This document shows, piece by piece, positions 28,977 to 38,881 of a DNA stretch of 64,000 nt (the first letter of the stretch is position 1; every line of letters begins with the position of its first letter). This DNA is from Candidatus Rifleibacteriota bacterium (GTDB taxonomy: Bacteria > Muiribacteriota > Ozemobacteria > Ozemobacterales > Ozemobacteraceae). The stretch covers positions 5,584-69,583 of the forward strand of contig JAFPZP010000107.1 in NCBI GenBank assembly GCA_017417215.1, written 5' to 3'. The translations under genes were made by a program, and so were the position numbers. The notes below the pieces were generated by a model, which worked only from the letters and a program-made list of their open reading frames with translations, made no database searches and was not told the origin of the DNA.

Positions 28977-29769
28977 TCTGAGAAAGTTCCTCGGCTAGAT
29001 GTAATTCATTAAATGCTTCTTTTGATTTTTCAGAGAGATAAGACAGAAGCTTTTCCTGAACGATTCTTGGGTTGGTTCCTGATGCAATAAGTATTACACC
29101 GCGACCAATAATGTCGTTATACATATCTTCTTCTGCAGCTCTTTCTGCGAGTTTTTTTGCATAAGGAGTCAAAAGAAGATTTGCTGCAATGGTTCCATAA
29201 AATGTGGTAACAAGAGCAACAGCCATGTTAGGACCGATGGAAGACGGGTCGTCTAAGTTACCTAATAGACAAACCAGACCGATAATGGTTCCAATCATAC
29301 CAAAAGCTGGAACAACGGATGCAAGGAAGTTCAAAGCGTCTACTACATCTGAGTGACGCTGAGATGTTGCTTGTATTTCTGTATCTATTACTTCGGTAAT
29401 AAGTTTGGCATCGACGCTGTCTACTACAAGCTGGAGTAATCTAGCTAAGAACGGTTCTTCTATTTCTGCAATTTTAGGTTCAAGAGAAAGAATACCTTCT
29501 TTTCTTGCTGATTCTGCAATCATAAGAATACTACTAATCAGCTTCATGTAGTTGTATTCTTTAGGAGCCTTATAAGCCATTCTAATTCCACCAAGAGCTG
29601 ATTTAACCTTTTCCCATTTAAAAGCAACAAGTAAGGCTGAGCAGCCACCACCGAAAACGATGAACAATGATGGAATATCAAAGAACATTTTAAGGTTTCC
29701 AGATATCTTGATACCTATTGTAATCAACAGGAATCCTAAGATTGTTCCTACTACCGATGTCTTATCCAA
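28969..29769 (-). CDS. motA: MotA/PomA-family stator subunit
   Basis: ARKEGILSLE, PAFGMIGTIIGL, GPNMAVALVTTFYG; TTG start with GGAGG SD. Confidence 0.93.
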   Translation of the reverse strand: MDKTSVVGTILGFLLITIGIKISGNLKMFFDIPSLFIVFGGGCSALLVAFKWEKVKSALGGIRMAYKAPKEYNYMKLISSILMIAESARKEGILSLEPKIAEIEEPFLARLLQLVVDSVDAKLITEVIDTEIQATSQRHSDVVDALNFLASVVPAFGMIGTIIGLVCLLGNLDDPSSIGPNMAVALVTTFYGTIAANLLLTPYAKKLAERAAEEDMYNDIIGRGVILIASGTNPRIVQEKLLSYLSEKSKEAFNELHLAEELSQNA

Positions 29770-29793
29770 AATAAACCTCCAGCAAAACGTCCT

Positions 29794-30468
29794 TTATCCA
29801 ATTAAATCAAGTTTAAACTCTAATTCTGTTATTCCTTTTTTAGTTACAGTCATATTGTTTACACTTATATTGAATTTAAAGGGTGAAACTTCAGCAATAC
29901 CTATCATCTGTCCTTTTTTTACTTTTTTAGAATCAAGTTGGACTTTTGGAGTTGTTAAATTTCTAACCTTTTTACCATTTTCATATACGCATATAGTAAA
30001 GCTTATAGAGTTTAAGCGGGCAAAATCGTCAGTAACATCTTTCCAGTCTTCGTTGTAAGTAACTGTGAAATGATAGTTTTTTCCATTATAGAGAACTGGT
30101 TTATCTTTTAAGATATTTTCCGTGGTTGGATGAGGAGAATAATCTAAAAATCTTGAAAGAGTATATAACTTTTTGGGTTTACTATCTAATTTTGTTACCG
30201 AAGTAGGTTTTGTTGTTGTCGGTTTAATATTAGATGGTGAAGAATTTTTCATTTCTTCAATTTTTTTCAAGATGCTTTCTTTTTTTGCCTTAATTTGTGC
30301 CTGCATTTCAGCACTATTCTGGGGAACGCTAGCCATCATAAAACATTCTTGTTCTAATGGAGGAGAAATAAGCTGAATATCATTAGAAGCCTGTAAATCT
30401 GAAATAATTCCAAGTGTACTTATAGCAATTAAACCTGAAGTCAAAAAACAAAAGCTAGATTTTTTCAT
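29794..30468 (-). CDS. Exported hypothetical protein
   Basis: AAGGAG SD, signal-like N-terminus, P/T/K linker and beta-rich C-terminal domain; 20-24 bp gaps to neighbours. Confidence 0.7.
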   Translation of the reverse strand: MKKSSFCFLTSGLIAISTLGIISDLQASNDIQLISPPLEQECFMMASVPQNSAEMQAQIKAKKESILKKIEEMKNSSPSNIKPTTTKPTSVTKLDSKPKKLYTLSRFLDYSPHPTTENILKDKPVLYNGKNYHFTVTYNEDWKDVTDDFARLNSISFTICVYENGKKVRNLTTPKVQLDSKKVKKGQMIGIAEVSPFKFNISVNNMTVTKKGITELEFKLDLIG

Positions 30469-30488
30469 TAGTTAGCTCCTTTATAGCG

Positions 30489-31115
30489 TCAGTTATTTCT
30501 TGCGCCACCATTTATCCAGTTAGCAATAAGGCTTTGATCTGAGGTGGAAAGAGATGAACGGTCTTTAGGCATTCTTGGTGATTCTGTGCCTTTTATACGT
30601 TTAACTACTTTTGAAGTAGAAGCATCATATGGATATATTACAGCACCAGATTTTGAGCCTTTTAGAACGTTGGTATAACTGTTCAAACGAAGAGAAGCAG
30701 CAGCGGAATTATCGTTGTGACAACCTGCTATAGCACAGTTAACTGTGAATATTGGGAGAATATTTCGTGAGAAACTTCCACCAGTAGATACAAGAACTAC
30801 ATTTGTTGTTGCAGAAGAGCCACTGTCTACGCTAACAGTGATAGAATTAGAGTTATAATCACTAGCATGAGCTGTCAGAGTATAAACACCTGCTTCTACT
30901 TCAGAAATAGTAAATCTGCCATTTATATCTGTAATAACAGAGCTGGTACTTGGAGAAGTTACTACCGTAGCTCCTGATATACCTATACCTGTTTGTGAAT
31001 CAACTATTGTTCCGACTATAGAACCTCTTAATGAGCTCTTTGTTCCACAGCCTACTGCAGTTAACAAAGAAAGGCTTAATATAAGAGCCATTAAAACCTG
31101 GAATCTTTTAAACAT
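30489..31115 (-). CDS. Lipoprotein: carboxypeptidase-regulatory-like domain plus Planctomycete-type cytochrome c domain
   Basis: Lipobox AVGC; G.I.G.+.D..TG..I.GA.V...TD.NG.F; FSRNILPIF..NCAIAGCH...RMP...IANWINGGA. Confidence 0.82.
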   Translation of the reverse strand: MFKRFQVLMALILSLSLLTAVGCGTKSSLRGSIVGTIVDSQTGIGISGATVVTSPSTSSVITDINGRFTISEVEAGVYTLTAHASDYNSNSITVSVDSGSSATTNVVLVSTGGSFSRNILPIFTVNCAIAGCHNDNSAAASLRLNSYTNVLKGSKSGAVIYPYDASTSKVVKRIKGTESPRMPKDRSSLSTSDQSLIANWINGGARNN

Positions 31116-31283
31116 AATTTGCTCCTTTTTGGGCTAACATTTCCTTTCATAATCATCGGCAATAGGTTAAAAAAATTTAAGAAAAGAGTTACTTTACATA
31201 AAAAAACCTTTGAATATTTTTATCATTGATATACTTTAGTAATATAAATAAAATCTATATAAAAGAAGAATAATAGCTTTAAA

Positions 31284-31808
31284 ATGTGTAAGCTAAGATT
31301 AAGAAAAGGTACAAGCTTATTTGAAACACTGTTAGTTCTAGCGATTCTTTCAGTGTCTATTTACCCTTTAGCTCATATTATATATATGTCTATGCCTACA
31401 GTTTCACATACTGATGATGAATATTTGGCAACATTATTAGCTCATCATGTTATGGAAACTATTGTTGCCAGAAGAGCAAAGGATCCTTCTTATCTTCCGT
31501 CTATGAGTGAAGCTTGTCCTGTTGTTGCTTCCCCTGAAGGTAATGATAAAATAAGCGAGTATTTTACAGATTTTAAAGAATATAACGGTCCTGTTACTGA
31601 AACAAATGACCCTCAGCTTTATTGGGCTGTAAAAAAGTTTAAGTGTAAAGTAGATACCTATTTTCTAGATAAAAATACTTTTAAAGTTTTTGTTTATATA
31701 ATTTATTCAAAAGAGGGTAAAGATAAAAAGGTTTTTTTTGAAAGACTGCTTCCTGTAAACGAAATTTCTTCAGATGATTATGAAGATGAGAAGGAGGCTG
31801 AATTTTAA
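31284..31808 (+). CDS. Prepilin (PilV-like)
   Basis: RKG|TSLFETLLV with Glu5; ATLLAHHVMETI. Confidence 0.75.
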   Translation: MCKLRLRKGTSLFETLLVLAILSVSIYPLAHIIYMSMPTVSHTDDEYLATLLAHHVMETIVARRAKDPSYLPSMSEACPVVASPEGNDKISEYFTDFKEYNGPVTETNDPQLYWAVKKFKCKVDTYFLDKNTFKVFVYIIYSKEGKDKKVFFERLLPVNEISSDDYEDEKEAEF

Positions 31809-32278
31809 TGAGTGATTCTTATAAGAAAAATAATAAATTTGAATTTGATGGTTTATTAACTTATGCTTTTGTACTCATAGGTTTAGTTATAATTATTTCT
31901 TGTGGCTTTTTTTGTTACAACAATTTTCTTGTAGAGTCTAATCAAAAGAATGTAATAGCATCTTATAACAATATAGTTACTAGTTTTAGACAGGATACCC
32001 ATCAGGCTGTTGTTGCTATTACCGCTTCTGATTCTGTTGTTTTGCTTGATAAAAATGCAGATAAAATATGTAAATATGAATTGAAAGATAATAATCTTGT
32101 CAGGTTTGATAAAAATGATAATATGTCTACAGTATTTAAAAGCATTGAATCTCTTAGGTTTTCTATAAGTGAAAAACAACCGAATCTTTTAACTGTTCGT
32201 GTTTTCCCGTCAGACAAGAAAGAAATACCTTTTTTTACTTCTTTTGCTCTTAGAGGATTGAATAATGACATGCAATAA
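31808..32278 (+). CDS. Degenerate PilW/GspJ-like protein
   Basis: Single N-terminal TM; FRQDTHQA, YELKDNNLVR, IESLRFS motifs; lacks a canonical cleavage site; coupled between two prepilins. Confidence 0.55.
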   Translation: MSDSYKKNNKFEFDGLLTYAFVLIGLVIIISCGFFCYNNFLVESNQKNVIASYNNIVTSFRQDTHQAVVAITASDSVVLLDKNADKICKYELKDNNLVRFDKNDNMSTVFKSIESLRFSISEKQPNLLTVRVFPSDKKEIPFFTSFALRGLNNDMQ

Positions 32279-32666
32279 ATCAATTTTTAATTCTAGAAAA
32301 GGTTTATCTTTGATTAATATTATGATTTGTGCTTTCTTTGTCACATTATTCACAATTGTTTTGGCGTATTATCTCAGTTATATAAAACCTGGAACCATTG
32401 TTTCTGTTACTTCTCTAATAAGTGCAGACTATAATATGGAATCTGCTATTATCTCACAAATGCAGAAATATAAAGATGACCCCAAAAAAGAGCCAAAATC
32501 TTTTGATAAAGAAATAATGCTTGGAATAAACATGCATGTTGAATGTAAGAAATTATCTGACAAAGAATATTTATTTGAAGCTAAAGTTGATGGCAGAAAT
32601 ATTCATAGAGAAATAAAAGTTAAAGGTAATACTACAATTCCTGATAAATTGATTTTTTTAGAATAG
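32265..32666 (+). CDS. Small PilX/ComGG-like pilin
   Basis: RKG|LSLINI without Glu5; ADYNMESAI motif. Confidence 0.62.
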   Translation: MTCNKSIFNSRKGLSLINIMICAFFVTLFTIVLAYYLSYIKPGTIVSVTSLISADYNMESAIISQMQKYKDDPKKEPKSFDKEIMLGINMHVECKKLSDKEYLFEAKVDGRNIHREIKVKGNTTIPDKLIFLE

Positions 32667-32671
32667 TTTTT

Positions 32672-33532
32672 TTATTTGCCAGGAACAAATTTTTTATTTG
32701 CAGATTCTTCCAGTAATTTTTTTACTTTATTTCTTTGAATTTCAGATAGCGTATCTAAGCTTGCTTTTGAAGATATCGGCAATAAAATATCTAATACAGT
32801 TGAATAACGTTTCATTTTAAAAGCTGCTTCAGCTTTAGATATTAAATATGAACGGTTTTTAGGTTCAGAAGCGGCAAGTTGAGAGTAGAACAGATAGGAC
32901 TTTTGATATTTACCTTCTTCCATTGCTTCTCTAGCCATTTGTTCCATATAGCTTTCCGAAGAAAACAGGCTTTCTACAGAGGGGTAGGGTGTTGGAAGTG
33001 CTAGATCGGATGGAAGTCTTATGGCGGCCGAAGAGATAGGTTCTTTTATTAAGACTGGTTCCATTAATGGAACAGAGGCTCCTGGTTCATCTTTTACTGA
33101 TGTTACTGGGAATGCATGACCAAAATAACCTCTTTTATAAAAATCAGCTGAAACCTGAGGGTCGTTCATATCTTTTTCGCTAGGTTCAATGCTGAACGTT
33201 CCACTTCTATATTCTAATTCTCTTAGAAGTTCAAGATACTTGGTTATTATAGGATGGTTAGGAGATTGTTTATTAGCTTTTAAAAACCAACTTTTTGAGC
33301 TTTTATAATTGTTTAGGTAAAAATTGCTCATACCTAATATTATAAGTGCTTGAAGATTATTGGGGTAAAGTTTTTGAAACTCTAATGCTTTGTCTGAAGC
33401 TTCAGAGTATTTGCCTTTCTGATAGAGTCTTTCAGCTTCTCGCAGAGACCTTGGCATCTCTGCGCAGTTTATTTGCTGAGTAGAAGCTAACATTATAGCT
33501 GTGACAGCTATTAGATTGGCATATTTGTTCAT
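32672..33532 (-). CDS. Exported TPR protein
   Basis: Signal peptide; two TPR clusters separated by a Pro-rich linker; last gene of the pilus assembly operon. Confidence 0.8.
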   Translation of the reverse strand: MNKYANLIAVTAIMLASTQQINCAEMPRSLREAERLYQKGKYSEASDKALEFQKLYPNNLQALIILGMSNFYLNNYKSSKSWFLKANKQSPNHPIITKYLELLRELEYRSGTFSIEPSEKDMNDPQVSADFYKRGYFGHAFPVTSVKDEPGASVPLMEPVLIKEPISSAAIRLPSDLALPTPYPSVESLFSSESYMEQMAREAMEEGKYQKSYLFYSQLAASEPKNRSYLISKAEAAFKMKRYSTVLDILLPISSKASLDTLSEIQRNKVKKLLEESANKKFVPGK

Positions 33533-33537
33533 TTGAT

Positions 33538-34236
33538 TTATTGAGCTGATGATTGTGCCGCAGAATCAGGGGTTTCCTGTTTGTGGGGATTTTCTCCGCT
33601 TTGTTCTATAGGATTTGGTGTAACTGTTTCTGAAACAGTAGCTGGAGTTTCTTCTTTTTTAGGTTCATTTGCTGCTGCTTCTGGAACAGTTGGTGTTTCT
33701 TGGGCAGGCTCAATATTAGCAGCTTCTTTGGGTTGTTCTTTAGATTCTACAGGAACAGATTTTTCTTCAGATTCAGTTGAAGGAGCAGGTTTTTCTGTAA
33801 CTGTTGGTTCTGTAAATATTTCATACATTCCGGAATCTTGAAGAGCTTTGCTGTCTTTTACAGCTGAAGTTTTTGCCTTTTCTTCCGGCTTTTTATTAGT
33901 GTTCTTGCTCGAATCAGCATCACTCTGATTCCAGTCTATATTATCTTCAATAATGATTTGTTCTGGGCTGGTTAAACTTTCGCTTAAATCAGAATTGTCT
34001 GAAGTTGTAGGAGAACTATTTGAATTATAGCTTGGTTCAGACAATTGCATTGGTTGACCAGCTCCTGGTCCGCTCTGATGTTCTAAGTCCCAAGAATCGC
34101 CTTTTGCCCAATCATCAGGTGGTGCAAAATCTTCTTGTTTAGCTAGCTGCTCATAAGCTTTATTTGCTGATATAAGGAATCCGGCTAGTAGTAATACTAC
34201 TAGAGCCCATTCCCAAGTTTCTTTTCCACTATTCAT
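33538..34236 (-). CDS. Membrane-anchored acidic low-complexity protein
   Basis: One N-terminal TM followed by an S/E/P/T-rich, probably disordered region; AGGAG SD. Confidence 0.75.
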   Translation of the reverse strand: MNSGKETWEWALVVLLLAGFLISANKAYEQLAKQEDFAPPDDWAKGDSWDLEHQSGPGAGQPMQLSEPSYNSNSSPTTSDNSDLSESLTSPEQIIIEDNIDWNQSDADSSKNTNKKPEEKAKTSAVKDSKALQDSGMYEIFTEPTVTEKPAPSTESEEKSVPVESKEQPKEAANIEPAQETPTVPEAAANEPKKEETPATVSETVTPNPIEQSGENPHKQETPDSAAQSSAQ

Positions 34237-34263
34237 TTATTTCTCCTATATAGCCAAGTATAT

Positions 34264-34908
34264 TTATTGTTCGTTAAGAGGGAAAGTTAAGGTCATTGTT
34301 GCTCTTATAAGATTTTGTTTAAAAACAAAATCTGCTGCTCTAACCGCATTTACGGGTATTTTTTCTAAGAGTTTCAAAGTTGAATACATATTTTTAGGTT
34401 CTGCAGAGAATGTAATCTTTACAGGTGTAATTTCTATACCTTTCCAATCATCTTCATCCTGAGTATAAGCATTTACAGGCATTCCATTTTCGTCTAGCAT
34501 TGGAATGTTTTCTGCTTTATTGTCTTTGTTTGAATTGTCTGATGTTTGTACTGGAGGTTCTTCAGTCTTATTATCATCTTCTGGTTTGAAATAATAAGAG
34601 CTGTAAAGATTGTAAGAATTGATTGATATATGACTTTTTGTTTTGGGGGTATCAAGGAAAAGTTTCATTATTTGTCCTTCTTGCCCAATAGAAACTAATT
34701 TTGGAGTATTTTTTTCGATAGGTTTTTCATCAGATAAATCGCCAAGTTCTTTTTTTATCTTATCTAGGTTAATTTTTTGTTCTACTATATCTTCTTCGGT
34801 TTTTTTGATTTCAGCGTTTAGTTTTGAAACTAAGAAGAGATTTCCTAATACTACGAAAACTATGATTGCTACTATCATAAAAGCCATATTCGATAATATT
34901 TTGTTCAT
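34264..34908 (-). CDS. PilO/GspM-like protein
   Basis: TM, coiled coil, and C-terminal ITPVKITFSA...LKLLEKIP ferredoxin-like pattern; follows the PilM-N gene. Confidence 0.65.
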   Translation of the reverse strand: MNKILSNMAFMIVAIIVFVVLGNLFLVSKLNAEIKKTEEDIVEQKINLDKIKKELGDLSDEKPIEKNTPKLVSIGQEGQIMKLFLDTPKTKSHISINSYNLYSSYYFKPEDDNKTEEPPVQTSDNSNKDNKAENIPMLDENGMPVNAYTQDEDDWKGIEITPVKITFSAEPKNMYSTLKLLEKIPVNAVRAADFVFKQNLIRATMTLTFPLNEQ

Positions 34909-36617
34909 CTTAACTCTCCTTTCAAAAGAAATTCCACTTTATTGCCTCTGACTTTTTTTGTTTGAATATTCACATATCTTTTTATTGCTTTTGGCAAGGC
35001 TTTGTTATTTTGATCTTTTACAACAGAATTTAATCTTTCTGAGAATCTGCTGACTTGGTTTATGTCTGAAGCAAAGCCATGGATTATTACAATTTTTCCG
35101 TCAATATCTTCTTTAATTTGTTCTTCTGCTACATCTGAACTGAGACGGCTTAAATATGGAGAACCTTCTTCTTGAGAAGACATACCGAAAGAACTGTCTG
35201 AGGTTTCATTTTCTTGTTTTAATGTAATCTGTTCTGCTTCGGACTTATTGCGAATTAGAATGTCATCTATTTTCATTCCAGGTTCTCTGAATCGCATTGT
35301 TAAAAGGAACAAATTGCTTAAGTTTCCTCTGTTTGCAATGATAGGTTCTATAACTTTCATTGAGGGAGGGCTGAGTTTTATCTGAACAGCTGGTTCTTTC
35401 CCTTTTTTGTTGGCTATTTTCAATTTACAGGCTTCAATTTCATTTTTTATTGAATCTGCTTCAACCATAAGGTTATCTAGCTTTTCTGACTTTGTCGAAT
35501 AAAGATAATATAATATTCCAAAGCTGATTAATAGTGCAAAAATACCAATGAATAATGGCAAGGTCTTTGCCAGTTTTTCTAATTGTTTTTCTTTTTCTCT
35601 TATTTTAAATAAAGTTAACAGGTCCATCCTTCCTGTATCATCTTGGAAAAAGGCAAGACAGCCACCTATAGCAGGAACAAAGGGCAATAATTTTAATGAA
35701 TTTTCAGAATTTACTTCTTCATTAAAGCTTAAAGCCATAACAGGACTTATATCTAATTCTGAGGAAATATCTAGAGCATTAATTTTTGTCGGTGAAAAAT
35801 AGCTTTGTTCAAATTTTAAAACATCGGGAATCGAACTACCACCACCCATAAAGAAAAGAGCGTCTACTTGGTTTAGTTTGCTTACAGCTCTAAAGTAGTC
35901 GAAACTAAAACGTATTTTTTGAGAATACATTTCTAATTCGTTTTCTTGTGGGGGGGTAGTCATTTCTGAGGTGCCTGTAGGTATAAATCTATAAAATTTA
36001 AGCTTACCTGCAGAGAAAATGTTTAGATGGGTTCCTGAATAACCGAAATTAACAATTGATAAGGCTGGAAGACCTGCGATATCAATAATAGGCTGTAAAG
36101 CCAAAGCAGAAAAAATATCTGTATAAACGGCATCAGGAGTAATTCCTGTTCCATTAAACAGACTAACATGAGCATCAAGAATTGATTGTGGAACTACGGC
36201 CAATGCAATAGAAAGAGGATTTCCTCTTGTTATGCAGTATGAATATGAAAATTCTTCTTCTTTATAATGGGAAGATAATAGTTTTTTGGCTTCCCAAGGA
36301 AGAGTCTGGTTTAATTGTTCTTCTTTTACTGTGTTAGGGAAATCAATTAACTTAACTTGTAGTTCGCGGTTATAGAAAAGTGAAATGATTTTTTTACATT
36401 TCGTTAACTCTAGTTTCTGAGCTAAAGTGGTAATTGCTTCTGTAATTTGCTTATTATAGTCTGCTTCGTTGGTAAAAGTATCAAAGGGATTTATTTCAAT
36501 ACTTTCTATATTTAATAATCTTTGCCCTTTGTCATTTACTTCTATAACAATGGCTTTTACGGATTTGGTGCCTATATCTATTGTTCCATATAAACCTGGA
36601 TTAATTTTCTTTTTCAT
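34905..36617 (-). CDS. PilM-PilN fusion (GspL-like)
   Basis: GTIDIGTKSVK actin-like start, WEAKK, VNFGYSGT, FMGGGS; then MDLL, TM, coiled coil and IIHGFA PilN-like domain. Confidence 0.82.
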   Translation of the reverse strand: MKKKINPGLYGTIDIGTKSVKAIVIEVNDKGQRLLNIESIEINPFDTFTNEADYNKQITEAITTLAQKLELTKCKKIISLFYNRELQVKLIDFPNTVKEEQLNQTLPWEAKKLLSSHYKEEEFSYSYCITRGNPLSIALAVVPQSILDAHVSLFNGTGITPDAVYTDIFSALALQPIIDIAGLPALSIVNFGYSGTHLNIFSAGKLKFYRFIPTGTSEMTTPPQENELEMYSQKIRFSFDYFRAVSKLNQVDALFFMGGGSSIPDVLKFEQSYFSPTKINALDISSELDISPVMALSFNEEVNSENSLKLLPFVPAIGGCLAFFQDDTGRMDLLTLFKIREKEKQLEKLAKTLPLFIGIFALLISFGILYYLYSTKSEKLDNLMVEADSIKNEIEACKLKIANKKGKEPAVQIKLSPPSMKVIEPIIANRGNLSNLFLLTMRFREPGMKIDDILIRNKSEAEQITLKQENETSDSSFGMSSQEEGSPYLSRLSSDVAEEQIKEDIDGKIVIIHGFASDINQVSRFSERLNSVVKDQNNKALPKAIKRYVNIQTKKVRGNKVEFLLKGELR

Positions 36618-37021
36618 ATTGCCTCCGTAAATTTGCCGCAGCCATTTCTGCCATTACTTTTTGAAATGCCTATTCTTGAAAGGGTTCGGCGAGAAACTTC
36701 TTTGTTACCTTCCATTAGAATTGCTTCTGAATTAATATCTATAAGATTATTGTTCTTTATAGCATTTATACTAACTTTGAGTGTACGATTAGGTTTTAAT
36801 TCTGACACATAAGAATAACTAAAAGGTTGATATTTTTGTCTGAGTTTGGCTAATCCTATTTCTAATCCACCATCTGCAGCATGAAATGCTATGACATCAA
36901 TCGCATCTGAACGGCTGATATCAAGGGTAAACATGCTTATTTCCTGGCTTCCGGTGACTAATAGAAATACAACTGTAGTTACCAGAAAAGTAAGATATAT
37001 GCTAAAACCTTTGCGATTCAT
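36614..37021 (-). CDS. Small PilX-like pilin
   Basis: RKG|FSIYL without Glu5; AFHAADGGLE motif. Confidence 0.72.
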   Translation of the reverse strand: MNRKGFSIYLTFLVTTVVFLLVTGSQEISMFTLDISRSDAIDVIAFHAADGGLEIGLAKLRQKYQPFSYSYVSELKPNRTLKVSINAIKNNNLIDINSEAILMEGNKEVSRRTLSRIGISKSNGRNGCGKFTEAI

Positions 37022-37413
37022 GCAGACCTCCTTCTAAAACAGAAGAGTCGGTCTGTTTTTTCACTGGAATCTGCGATTCCATTGTTATTTCTGTCTTCAA
37101 AAACACTAATCTTTATGAAAAAGGTATCATCATCGTGTTTGGTGACCTTTAATTCGCTGTATCCAAAACCAAGAGGGCATTTAATATCGTTATTCATGTT
37201 TTTTAACGATATATTATTTTCGTTATTATTTAATATTTGATTTCTGACCCAGATTCTAGCTTCTGTTAAACAGGTTCTTTCTTTCCATGAAGTAGCAGAA
37301 ACTTTGTATTTCATATTGCTCCAGTTCAACAGATTAAGCAAAGCTGTAACAGTTAACCCCATTACAAATATAGAAACGGTAACTTCTAAAAGTGAAAAAC
37401 CTTTTTTAACCAT
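37018..37413 (-). CDS. Prepilin-type minor pilin
   Basis: KKG|FSLLEVTV; DRNNNGIAD Ca-binding-like loop. Confidence 0.82.
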   Translation of the reverse strand: MVKKGFSLLEVTVSIFVMGLTVTALLNLLNWSNMKYKVSATSWKERTCLTEARIWVRNQILNNNENNISLKNMNNDIKCPLGFGYSELKVTKHDDDTFFIKISVFEDRNNNGIADSSEKTDRLFCFRRRSA

Positions 37414-37816
37414 TATTTTTCACCTCTAGATTTGGAAGAAATAAGAAAGATTCAAGCTGTAATTCACGATCTGAGTGAGTTACTCTTACTTGAAGTCTTA
37501 TAGTATCTTCTGGAGCTTGTGTTGTTAAAAGTGTTGTTAATTTCCAACCTGGTTTTAATCTGAATCTACAAGGGATTTTTCTTACTTTTTCTGCTTTTAA
37601 ATTACCATTTAATAATTCAGATTTTGTTAATTCGATTTCTCTTTCAGCTAGAAAAGCTGCTTCTGATTCGAAACCAGCATGACTATTTAGTTTGGCTGAA
37701 ACCTCAAAACCAGAAAAAATAACAGATAAAGAACCTGCTAAAACAAACAATGATATTAAAATTTCTATAAGACTGAATCCATGTCTTTTATTGATTGTAA
37801 CAGTTTTTAATATCAT
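37406..37816 (-). CDS. Prepilin (PilV/GspI-like)
   Basis: RHG|FSLIEILI; AAFLAEREIE. Confidence 0.82.
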   Translation of the reverse strand: MILKTVTINKRHGFSLIEILISLFVLAGSLSVIFSGFEVSAKLNSHAGFESEAAFLAEREIELTKSELLNGNLKAEKVRKIPCRFRLKPGWKLTTLLTTQAPEDTIRLQVRVTHSDRELQLESFLFLPNLEVKNNG

Positions 37817-38307
37817 AGCAGAATTGTTATTGTAGCAGTTTTACCATTGGGCGAAGTTAGTGATAAATCTAATTTATGTTTTTCTTTGCCATTAATCGAA
37901 AATCTGCCGTCTTTATCGATTTCAATGAGCTTTGGAATGCTATCTATACAAAGCTCTGGAACTTTAAGAAAAGATGTTGTAGATTCTGGATTCACAAGAC
38001 TTTTAGCATTCTGGTTGTAAATTATTTTGATGTTCTGCTTACGAAGTCTAGCCCTATCTTTACAACTCTGAAAAAAGGTCTGTATCCTGTCTTGGGCTGA
38101 TTTATAGCGTGTATCCTGAACAGCTCCAGAATAACTGCCTATAGCTGCACTTGATAGAATCCCAATAATGAGGACTACTATCAATATTTCAATTATGGTA
38201 AAGCCTGATTTTTTATAGCAACCATTATTGTTATATCGGTGTCTGTGGAGACGCAAATGGCTTTTATCAGACTTTATTTGGCTGATTTTACTGCAGCAAA
38301 TCAGCAT
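37813..38307 (-). CDS. Prepilin (FimU/GspH-like)
   Basis: KSG|FTIIEILIVVLIIG; unusually long leader, so the start is uncertain. Confidence 0.78.
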   Translation of the reverse strand: MLICCSKISQIKSDKSHLRLHRHRYNNNGCYKKSGFTIIEILIVVLIIGILSSAAIGSYSGAVQDTRYKSAQDRIQTFFQSCKDRARLRKQNIKIIYNQNAKSLVNPESTTSFLKVPELCIDSIPKLIEIDKDGRFSINGKEKHKLDLSLTSPNGKTATITILL

Positions 38308-38316
38308 AATGATTTA

Positions 38317-38829
38317 TTACCAGTAGTGATGAGCGCCGTCTTTAGAACCATCGGCTCCCATTTGTCCGTTCATACCAATCCATCTGGTGCCTAATCTTAT
38401 ACCACAAACAACGCCTCTGCCGCCCATTTTACCATCAGAGCCTATAATCCAGAGTGAAGTATTATCTGTATTATAAAATCTGTAGCTAGAGCCATTCCAG
38501 GTGTAACCCCATCTATTGGCTGCTTCTGGACAGATGAAAAGTTTGACATCCTTAGCGGTGTCGTTAAGCTGAAGAAGAGCATTAGAGTATTTCCAACGCA
38601 TATTTCCAGCGCGGTCTATCCATGTCCATCTGTTTTTCCCTGTGTCTAATTCATAATTCTTTGCTTCCCACAGAGAAATAAGACTTTCTATACCTTTTTG
38701 GTTAGAAAGACAAGACTTTGCACGTGCAATAGACGCAATGCTCTGATATCTTGGTATAGCTATTGATACCAGAATGCCTATTACAAGGACTACAATTAAT
38801 AGTTCAACTAAAGAAAAACCTTTTCGCAT
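38317..38829 (-). CDS. Major-type pilin/pseudopilin, Trp-rich
   Basis: Start moved to ATG 38829 (GGAGG SD): MRKG|FSLVELLIVVLVIGILVSIAIPRY; C..N and CP motifs; first pilin after pilC. Confidence 0.85.
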   Translation of the reverse strand: MRKGFSLVELLIVVLVIGILVSIAIPRYQSIASIARAKSCLSNQKGIESLISLWEAKNYELDTGKNRWTWIDRAGNMRWKYSNALLQLNDTAKDVKLFICPEAANRWGYTWNGSSYRFYNTDNTSLWIIGSDGKMGGRGVVCGIRLGTRWIGMNGQMGADGSKDGAHHYW

Positions 38830-38881
38830 ATCGCCTCCACAAATTTTAGCAATAGGTTTTGTGTTCCTAATAATTAACACT

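Noticed and set aside
28236-29769. motAB as the Zorya anti-phage ZorAB
   Set aside because: MotA is normal length with no long cytoplasmic tail, and no zorC/D/E-like genes are adjacent.
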